In this document: piece by piece, positions 11,755 through 21,635 of the stretch
Position numbering within the stretch: position 1 is the stretch's first letter
Layout of the letters: each line of letters starts with the position of its first letter
From: Lingula anatina
Lineage: Eukaryota > Animalia > Brachiopoda
Direction of reading: 5' to 3'
Length of the DNA stretch: 64,000 nt
Assembly: GCA_051362555.1 (NCBI GenBank)
Contig: CM120648.1
Span: 7,870,587 to 7,934,586, forward strand
Notes under the pieces: model-generated
The model's input: the letters and a program-made list of their open reading frames with translations, nothing else
The model's database searches: none
Told to the model about the DNA's origin: nothing
Made by a program: the position numbers and the translations under genes

Positions 11755-14587
11755 ATGTCGATCCTGTTCCAAAATGAACAGTTGAATTTCTTCAAGCTTT
11801 CAACAGCAGTGTTAGATTATGTTAACGAGGCCTTGCGATTTTTCTTTGTGGAAGAGTGGAACTCCCTCCACGCGGCTGGCGGCCATCCCTGGGGAAACAA
11901 CGCGGCCAGCGGGCAGTACTTACTTGCAGAGGAGTTCAGGCTTTACCCCACTGCCAGGTATGTGTTAAGTCGCAAGTGGCAGGGATAAGAATTCATACCT
12001 GTAACTGTTATTCTTTTTTTTTTTTTTTTTTTTTTTGACTGTGGTGCTAGTACTGTGGTCAGTTTTAAAATAGGATCGCTGGGAATTGCGTGGTATCCTT
12101 TGGTGTACTTCATATTTTTATGTTAAAATATGACAGGTCAATCTGACAATCAATGACAATGTACAGAACCCTGAGATGATGTGATGCAATTCCCAATTTA
12201 ATCCATTGTACTTGGACGAAAGTAGTATAAACTTCTGAAATCATAATTAGGCCTAGTATCAGGTCCGTAGAAAGAAGGGGGGGGGGTCAGAGGGTTCGAA
12301 AAAGAACCCCCTTTTTTGCTGGGGAAAAGGTCCCCTCTGAGTAAAATTTTATCTAGGTACATGACGGTTTCATTGTAAAAGGTCCACTTTTTTCGGGGGG
12401 TTTGAAAGAACCGCCTCTTTTGCTGGGAAAAGGTCCACCCTGGGTTACATTTGATCTAGGTACATGAAGTTTTTATGGGAAAAGGTCCACTTTTTCAGAA
12501 AAAGAACCCCCCTTTTGAAATGTCTGGCTACGGGCCTGCTATAGGCCTGCGTATTATGTTATTTTAATATTATTTTTAGAATTTCATCATTCCAGGCTCT
12601 TTGACAGGGACATGGCTCATGTAAGAGCTCTGATAGGAACTGGAATTGTTGAAGATTGGGATGCCACCGCCCTCTTCGCTGCTATACTATATTCTAAGGT
12701 ATTAGACCTTCGAAGAAGCAGGGGGTACAGATCTAAGTTGAGAAGGGTAACCCCCTTCAGCGAAGCTGAGCATGTTGATGAACTGAGACTTGTGAGGAAT
12801 TTCGCCATTGCCCATGCCAACACTGCCAGTGTTACTGATGTAACGTACCAGGCCCACATGCAAACCGTGCTCGACGCTATGTCTGTGCTTTTGCCTCCCA
12901 CCCACCCCGTACTTCAGAATATGCTGGTTCTGATGAGTTCCAAGACATTCAACACATCTGAGCTGGAATTTCTGCAAGAGGAGCTGGCCAATGAAAAAGA
13001 GATCACAGAGAAGATTGAAAAACAGCACAAGAGGATATTGGAAAATGCCAACGAAATCAAAAGCATGCACGCTCGTATACAACAACTGGAGATGTACATC
13101 TCACGCGATAAATCCAAACCTGCAGAGGCCATCTACACCATGTTCCAGAGTGAGCCTGACTTTAAAGGTGACACTTATTATAATGATATGATCAACACAA
13201 CCAACAAGCTGACCTATGGCTTCGATTTTAAGAAATTTCGCAAGTATGTCACTGACCAGTTAAACCTCGTTAAGGACACAGACATGAAGTTGCTGATCCG
13301 GATACAGCTGTGTAAGGGGCTGAATCACCAGGGTCAGAAGGATGAGGCACTGGGAATTCTGGACAAAATGACTGTTGAGGCTTTGTCTGCTAAAAACAGG
13401 TGTGTTTAAGGCATTGAGGGTAATCAAAAGAAAGAGCAAGAAAGAGATTGTGCCTGTGTGTGTGTGTGTGTGTGTGTGTGTGAGTGAAAAGATAAAGGTA
13501 GGGTAGAAGGGGAGATGAAGAGTTAGCAGAGAAAGTCCAAGGGGGAAAGGCTGGTCTCTCCTTATAACTTAGATCTGATAAAGATTTTCCCCATAAACAA
13601 CATCTTTTCTTTTTCTTTTCAGACCTCCTAATACATGAACTAATAAGTTTAAAATAATTTATTTCAAAGTCTACTATGTCAAATGATAGCCGTTTCATTT
13701 TTTAAGTGCTTGTTTGATCCTTCTATTTTAAAAGTGAAGTGGGTACATAACTGTTCACTTAAATAAAATGCACTAAAACTGATATTTTCTTCTTTTTCCT
13801 CAGTGCAGTGATCCAAGCCCGTGTATTCTGGAGAAAGGCCTACATCTACAATGACCGAGGCTACAAAGAGGGCGCCATCGCTCTGCTGGAACAAGCAGAA
13901 TGCCTGCTCACCACCACCCAGTCCTATGAGGACATTGCCGAGATTAACTACGCTAAAGCCAACATTCGCCTTTCACAGAAACATGACAATAATGATGCAT
14001 CCCTGAAGAGCAGCGTTTTACTCCATCTTGGGAAAACTCTGGAGGCCTGCAAGCAGTGCCCAGGAATTGACTTAAGTACGCTGGAGAGTCAAGTGGCCCT
14101 GAGAAAGGCGCTGACCCATCTCGGCTTCTCCCAACAGGGCATCGACCAACACTCTTCTGAGGAGGATCTCCATGCAGCCGAGGGTATCATCAATGAGCTC
14201 CTCAAAAAAAAGGATAAGCTAAGCCCTCGGAATAACCTCTACCTGTACTTTGCACGTTCCCTGCTGGCATATCGTCGTGGTAAAGTTATGGAGGCCAGAC
14301 GTATTGAATTAGAAGGTCGCCATTTTGCAGCCACCAACCATCTTCCTCATGAGGTCCAGCAGTTGGAGATGATTAAGGACTTCATACTGAAAAATGAGAG
14401 ATGGCGGATTTTTCACAAGTTGATAATTGTGGTAATTTTGCTGATTTGTGTCGCAGCTTGCATCATGTGTTATTGTCATTATGTGAAGTTTGAAGGTGAG
14501 AAAGTTTCAGGTAAAGTTCTGTGTCAAAGGGGCAGCCACGGTTTACTTGGCAAACCAAAGGATGACAGATTTTACTGTTCTGTTTAA
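11755..14587 (+). CDS. Uncharacterised protein of about 596 aa: DZIP3-like HEPN domain, coiled coil, TPR-like helical repeats and a C-terminal transmembrane helix
   Basis: Exons 11755-11957, 12596-13399 and 13804-14587, joined by phase-2 GT-AG introns into one open frame (1791 nt). HEPN features: EDWDATALFAAILYS and VDELRLVRNFAIAHANTASV (R-x5-H at 12795-12815). Heptad-rich segment ELEFLQEELANEKEITEKIEKQHKRILENANEIKSMHARIQQLE. TPR-like units such as ARVFWRKAYIYNDRGYKEGAIALLEQA and YLYFARSLLAYRRGKVMEARRI. Hydrophobic LIIVVILLICVAACIMCY preceded by RWRIFHK. Confidence 0.85.
12260..12538. mobile_element. MITE family C (hAT-like termini) in intron 1 of the HEPN gene
   Basis: TIRs CAGGTCCGTAG...CTACGGGCCTG; internal repeats of GAAAAGGTCCAC and GAAAGAACCCC; second copy at 16260-16432. 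No clean target-site duplication was found. Confidence 0.7.
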
Positions 14588-14804
14588 GACCCCATTCCCA
14601 CAGATTTAAGATCGATTTATTCCCTTGGGGAGTCTCACTAGATTACTGTCAGCTTAGCCAGCTTAAATGTCTGTCCTGCCTACTTAAAGCTGTAAGGGGG
14701 TAATTATAACTTTTGTGCACAGTCGGCTGACAGCAATTTAGCATGAACCCCCAGGGAGTTAGGTTGATCTAGTTGGATTGATCTAAATCTGTGGGAATGA
14801 GTTC
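14588..14804. mobile_element. MITE family B (PIF/Harbinger-like, TAA target-site duplication)
   Basis: GACCCCATTCCCACAGATTTA...TAAATCTGTGGGAATGAGTTC flanked by TAA on both sides. The left TAA is the stop codon of the HEPN gene. Confidence 0.82.
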
Positions 14805-16259
14805 TAAGATAACTTGCTCAGCCTGGGGTGTTTAAAACTGAAACCTTCATGATAACAATCCCTGTTCAAAGAAGCGGTTGTGTCTGCTCTAATTTAGCAC
14901 TGATGTGAACAATCTTCAGCTTTATTAGTTACTTACTGTGTAGGTAAATAATTATTTATTTTCATACAGCAAGTATAATGTACTTCATTATTGATTTCTA
15001 TGAACTGAATATATAGTAACAATCACAGTTTAAAATGAAAGTGAAAGTGGCCCTTATTGTGGTTTATGAGGTTTTTTTTCTGTCAGTTGCCATGAATATT
15101 GCGGTATGATCAGAAATGGAAGTTTCACGTTGGCTAGGACTTCCATGAACTTGGTGCTTAATGCAGTAGATGACATATCATTTTTTGACTGTCTGTGAGC
15201 AAAAAGAAAAAAAAAATGAAATTTTCAACAAGGAGTATATGTGCCTAACACCCCATCCCCATTTTCAATCCCCCCCTTATTTTTCTGTAAGCAAACGTGG
15301 GATGCAGAACAAGGCACAACACATGACATACCTATTGTGTCTCTCAATCAGCCCATCATACCTCGCCTCGTCAATATACTCCAGCACCTGTGAAGTCAAG
15401 TCAACCAGGTGCATTTTCCAAGAAAATCTCTAAATAGAATATCAACTTTTATATGAGACATATATATTGTTGTTCAAGTTTAGTATTGTCCTTTTTTTTT
15501 CTTATTTTGCCAACCAGAACAGAACAATCAATTTACGTAGAACCAAGAATGATGTAATTGAAAATATACATAAAAAGTTTATCATTGAGCTGTTTTTGAT
15601 TGATTTTATAGAAATGACTTTATGTTCAAATAATTGTATCATTTTAAGGGTGTTTTTACTTTTAGCCACTTTCCTATCTGTGTTAAGGTTGGTGTTCGAC
15701 ATCTCATAAGTTATCTTTACATATTTCCTCATTTAATGTTTTTTTACTCTAATTGTTATTATTAATCTCACATTTAACCATGCTTTAATGGTGAGGCATA
15801 TGGGAAATTTTACAACCTCAATGAACAATCCAGAACTCATGTAATACTCATGGAAAATATGTATATTTGAGCTGAAAAAGCTCGTTTTTTTTTTTTTTTT
15901 CTTTTGTTTCAGAACAATCTCACTTTTTTTTTTTTCTTTATTTATGAAATAGTATACAGAATGTTATGTGAATATTTTTCACTGTTATGAAGGTGAATTG
16001 TAGTGCATGAATATCTATAACATGCACATTTTACATGTAAACATAAAAGTATGCTTTGCTCATTATGTTATATTATATTATATTATGTTATATATATACA
16101 TATATACAGTTGATTTTAAATGCTCTACTGGACCAGCTCAACAATTTAATTGTTTGCATATCATATACACAAGTAAACTACAAGGTGCATTGTTGGATCC
16201 TGGGGAGAGGGCGAGGGAGGAAGAAAATATAATTACTGTCAATTATAGTACTACCTTCC

Positions 16260-16432
16260 CAAGCCCATAGCCCGGGGGGGGGGGGGTCAGGGGGTTCGAA
16301 AGAACCACTTTTTTTGCTGGGAAAAGGTCCACTCTCGGTAAAATTTGATCTATGTACTTGAGGATTTTATGGTCCACTTTTTTTAGAAAACAAGCACCCC
16401 CCCCCCCCCTCTAAAATTGCTGGATACGGGCT
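16260..16432. mobile_element. MITE family C, shorter copy
   Basis: AAGCCCATAGC...GATACGGGCTT termini; interior GGGTTCGAAAGAACC and GAAAAGGTCCAC shared with 12260-12538. Confidence 0.68.
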
Positions 16433-17816
16433 TCCTTCCACTCCTTATTTTAAAACAGGGTTTCCCCCCCAAAAAAATGTACTAACTCTTTGACTGCCCA
16501 TTTCAAATGTGCATTTTTGCTTTTCGAAGACATTAAAAGTTATCTTTGATTCCATGCTTTTCATTTTATTATTCCCTACATGTACATGTATTATTTTCCT
16601 TAATTTTCATTAGACTGGTACAAAATCAAAGTCAGATATATAGTAATAGACAGTCAAAGAGTGAGTACATTTTTGAGACCTCCTATATAGACATGATGCT
16701 CTCATAAAAATGGTGCTTGTGTCATATAACATATATTAAGTTTTGTTTTGTTATCAAAATTTCATTGCTTGTCACATATTTTGGCCCATCATGATACAAG
16801 TTTTCTTGTATCTAGGCCATTCACTAAAACTTATGATATATAGATATATACCAATGGACATGATTATTTATAATAGATAAATCCATTATCAACAAATCCA
16901 AGGACAATAAGAACTTATCCATACTTCCTATATATATAGGCCTACTTGACATTTGCTCAATTGGGCATGTGCAGTAGCAGTAACAAGTGAATCATACCCT
17001 ATCCTGGAATAGATATTAATAGTAACACCAACAGCTTTTAAACTGGTTTATGTTTTTTCTAGAATTTAATGTCATTACAGTTAAGTGAATCCAGGTTAAG
17101 ATATTATAACTGCATTTTAGGATTTATATAGTGAATGTTTTCCGTCATGGTTTATTGGATGTTAACTTCAATAAACAGTTTCAAAGCTTACTCATTGTTT
17201 TTTTATGTATTGATTTCATATAAATTGCGTGCATAAGTTCAGCATACATTTAACTTCCACACCATTAACAATGGGCACAACACTTGTAAGAACACACAAG
17301 GAAGTAAAATCATAACTAGGTCAAGACATTTAATCACAAGTTGGATCTTGTCTGAGGAGGCCGCGTCTTTAAGATGTGGTCTTACGCTCTGTCTGTTACA
17401 GGTAGGTTTGAAAGAAAAATGATTAAATTTCAACAAATTAACTTTATTAGGGATATTCTCATGATGTATATCATATATGAATTTTTACAAACTGCGGGTG
17501 GTGTTTAACTCTGAGTTTTGGAATTAATACTGAAAACTGACATAAGTTATAAACATTTCTCTGTTGTGTCCACTTGCTGGAAGAGGCACATCGATTACCG
17601 GGATAAGATTTTTTCTGGCTATTGGCACATATGTGACTTTTTGAGAGCCAAAAATATCACTGGCCTAGGCAGCGCCCTGGATCCCACGCCATATTTCCTG
17701 GACTTTTTCACTAAATGGCAGTATTAAACCTCTAAAACTCAGGGTACATATGGCAATATACCAACTTATGTTATTAGAGTAAATTTTTAACTCAGGTAAT
17801 GATAAGGCATCTGACC

Positions 17817-17923
17817 TACTCTTCTGTTTCAGATAGCGATCATAAATAAGTACACTGTACTATTTGTCGTTAAGCGTTTATTGGTCCAACTTGACAATGA
17901 TTGCTATCTGAAACAGAAGAGTA
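17817..17923. mobile_element. Small hairpin MITE with 27-bp inverted arms and TA ends
   Basis: TACTCTTCTGTTTCAGATAGCGATCAT / ATGATTGCTATCTGAAACAGAAGAGTA, one mismatch. Confidence 0.65.
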
Positions 17924-18423
17924 AATAACATAAGTCAACATAAATAGTAATCCTATATAGATGAGATATTTTAAATGTGTACGATTCACATTTTGAAAAA
18001 GTACCAACCTTTTTTATTCCTATACTTATACCCGGCAATTAGCTATTTATCATTCTCAAAATTGACAAGAAAATCCGGAATAGGATACCTGGAACCAGTC
18101 TAAATTTATAACAATTCTGACCCAAAGGTGATAAAGTTGTGATCTTGACAATTAAGGTAATTGGTGGGTACAGGTCACAGTTAATTTTAATTAACTTATC
18201 CAGTCGTTTTTTTTTTTTTTTTTTTTTTTTTTTTGGGGGGGGGGGGCAGTGAAAACAAAATAACTGTGATCTTCATTATTATTTTAGACAAAAAACGACA
18301 GCTCTGCCTCTGCCTAAATAACCACGAATCTTAAATAACAGTGGTAAACAGATTAACAGTGGTAAAATGAATTCACTCAAATAATGTTTCTATATATCCA
18401 TAGATGGCGAAGACTCTGGCGCC

Positions 18424-19692
18424 ATGGTAAATATATCACCTGGCTGCAATTCATCACAGACGCGAGATGAAGTCTATGAAACCTACACATTCTACATGGA
18501 CACTGTTGTAGTGGGCACCATGGTTTACATGGGAATCATACTGAATATGCTAGTGTTTGCAGTTCTGTGGAAGGAAAGGACAAAATCATCTTCATTCCTC
18601 TATCTCCTTGCCCTTTCAGTAATGGACACATTTTACTTGATACACTGTATGCTGTTTCAAGTTTTTCGTTCCATTTTTCCCTACACAGGATCATGGGAGG
18701 AATACGCGTCTGCTTGGCCATACATAGAGCCGTATGAATTCCCATTAGGGATGATGGCATTGACTGCCTCAAATTGGATTGTGGCGTCTGTTGCTATTGA
18801 CCGTTTCATTGTGGTGAGGTTTCCACTGAAGGCACGCATCTGGTGTTCTGTCCGACGAACAAAGCTCCAGCTTCTTGTTATAGTCATTGTGGATGTTGTT
18901 GTAAACTCTGTCTGGTTTTTTAGACAATGTACTTATGAACGCTGGGATCACTGTACCAACTCCACTGTCCCTGTTGTTGTGCCTTACGCCATTGGAGCAA
19001 CCGAGACAGGAAGAATTGCACATACTTCCATCTTTCTTACGCTAGTTTTTGCCATACCAATAGTGACAATGATGGTCGTGAACATTCTTCTGGTTTATAC
19101 CCTTAACAAACAACGAAAAAAAATCCACGCCATGACCCATGTAAAATTTCACAGCAAGAAATTGGGTCAAAGCGAACCAGACAGAGATAATTTAAATCAA
19201 AACGACTCAGATGATTTAAATTTTAGTTCAGGCACTGAAGATAATTCAAATTTACATCACAGTGACCCAAATGCCGCAAAATTAGGTCAGTCTGACCAAG
19301 ACCAGAATACTGAGAAGACATCTCTACTACGGATATCCAGAGATAAAACTTCAAGCAAGAAGAATCCCATGATGACTGCACGGCAAAAATATGAACGTAA
19401 AATTACAATGATGTTGATTATTATCATACTGCAGAATTTACTGTGCCTCACACCCGTTTTTATAGACCACATCCTTTTCAGTATAACAACCATCGACAAA
19501 ATTTCCAGGGGGCACAAGTTCTTCTCTGTCTTTGCAAACATGCTGGCAGCATTGAACTCTTCTATGGACTTCTTCATATATTGTTGCTTTGTTGCATCTA
19601 TGAGGAAAAGATTCGTACGAGTTCTTTGCTCTTGTCGTAGGTTTTCAAAGAAATATCGCATTTCTAGTTATAGAACTACAAACCATAGATGA
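18424..19692 (+). CDS. Rhodopsin-class GPCR, FMRFamide/sex-peptide-receptor-like; 7TM region encoded in one exon
   Basis: 422-aa ORF with seven hydrophobic segments: GIILN (TM1), YLLALSVMD (TM2), AIDRFIVVRFPLKA (TM3), CLTP (TM6), LNSSMDFFIY (TM7 variant typical of this subfamily). A possible acceptor at about 18403 could add upstream N-terminal residues. Confidence 0.9.
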   Translation: MVNISPGCNSSQTRDEVYETYTFYMDTVVVGTMVYMGIILNMLVFAVLWKERTKSSSFLYLLALSVMDTFYLIHCMLFQVFRSIFPYTGSWEEYASAWPYIEPYEFPLGMMALTASNWIVASVAIDRFIVVRFPLKARIWCSVRRTKLQLLVIVIVDVVVNSVWFFRQCTYERWDHCTNSTVPVVVPYAIGATETGRIAHTSIFLTLVFAIPIVTMMVVNILLVYTLNKQRKKIHAMTHVKFHSKKLGQSEPDRDNLNQNDSDDLNFSSGTEDNSNLHHSDPNAAKLGQSDQDQNTEKTSLLRISRDKTSSKKNPMMTARQKYERKITMMLIIIILQNLLCLTPVFIDHILFSITTIDKISRGHKFFSVFANMLAALNSSMDFFIYCCFVASMRKRFVRVLCSCRRFSKKYRISSYRTTNHR

Positions 19693-20675
19693 AAATTTCA
19701 GATACAACAATTTCTTGGAAAACAACAGGAGTTACCGAGAGGCAGTGTGTTACTTTAATTAATACTGCCACATTCATGTTTAGTATGTATTATATATCAT
19801 GTAACTATATTATTCCTATATGTCCGGTGACATCTGGTGACATTTATTACACTAGTTGGCAGGTGTCCAAGGTTATCATGACAATCCCACGTATAAAGCA
19901 ACAGGCCATCATCCCATATTGACATCAGAGACTCACATTTCAAGTAATAACCTCCAGTTTTCTGAATTTATGACAATTTCATCCCCTACCACGATGCTTC
20001 AGAAGTTTCCTAAAGCCAACTTACCCACCTATTAATTTAAATTTACCAGTTGTCCAATATCACTTTGTATAGTACATTAGCATGGTTTTGAGCACAGGTA
20101 TATATATATACACTAAGTCTTATAAACTGCACCATATTATCATCTTATTGACTGTTTAAAACATATCAGTCAATACATTTTTGAAAGTAAATTAATAAAT
20201 GCACAATTCAAATACAAGATGAGTCAATTAGTGTATCTTCTCCATCTTTAATCTCCATTCTACATAAATAATAACAATACACATATCATAAAACTGACAC
20301 AAGTTCTTTTCAATACATTCAGTATGAAATGTAACACTGTTCCAGATAGTGACAAAAATTCAAGTTCTATGGGGTTGCATTGTAATGCAAAATGTAACCC
20401 AGTCAAGTACGAAGTCTTTCTGTTGCATCATCGATAGACGAGGAATATTCATATAGAGTAGCAACAGGAATTATTCTATTTATGATCTTAAGATGCAACA
20501 GCTGTGAGTCTCTATGTACAAAGAATCTTTTAAAATTTGGGCAGTTCACAATAAAAAAAGTTCACAACTAATTTTCAGTGTGGTGACTCTAGAGTTTAAT
20601 CCAGATTAAAACATGAAGAAACAAAGGATAATTCATTATGAACTGTGTCTATCCCATCATGTTTAGTGCTGACCC

Positions 20676-21594
20676 CTATTGTTGTGCAGCAAGTTCTGCC
20701 TCGACAATCTTCTTATATTCATCAAATCCTCCTTCTAGACTCTTCACTGTCCCTTTACCACATACCCATAATTCCTTACAGATCATTCTGATCAGACGTT
20801 CGTCGTGAGATACTAGGACAACCCCACCCTGAAAAAGGCAGAAAAAAAAGTTTAATTTAATTATTTTATTATAGGCTTGAGAAAAGGAGCTGCTTCCAAA
20901 ATGGAACCATTTTAACACCTACAATTACTAAGTAAACTACATACATTTAATTCAATTGCGTTTGTAGCAAGGATTTCACCAACAACCAATCAGAAGTCAA
21001 TAGCTACTGAAGACATCTGTGAAAACTTGTATATATATCCACCATCCACATCAACTCTGATAACACTTGAATTTACTCCATCGTGTTTTGATTACTCAAA
21101 TTTCATAAAGTCACATGCAGTGAAATGTTTGTGACTATACATTACATGACTTGCAATGAACATGCTCAAAAACACTTATTTTTGGGGTTGTTTCACTGCA
21201 GAGCTATGTTCACTTACCTTGAATTTATTAATGGCATTTCCTAGAGCTTCAATGGTCTCCATATCTAAATGATTGGTCGGCTCATCAAGGATGAAAAAAT
21301 TGGGACTAAAATTAACAAAACATATCAGTAAATACCAAGTCAATTATCTTCTCATTTAAATCTTTGTAAGCATATGTGTTGAATGTGTCTTTGCAAAAAA
21401 TTAATTAATTGGTTGATAAAAAATAAAGATGACCATCTGTAGTTTACTAGAACAAAGATTGGATCCATGGTTAAAAGCATTTTCAGATCTGCCAGTTTCA
21501 GGGAAAAAATATTAAAACCAATAGTCTGTTGGTTTCTTTATCTAACAATCCAGTTTAGTAGTTGTCTTTCCGTCATCTTTTTCACTGTATGTCC

Positions 21595-21635
<41 letters not shown>

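Noticed and set aside
12617-13132. Antisense ORFs overlapping the HEPN exon
   Set aside because: Shadow frames of a GC-richer coding exon with no motifs of their own.
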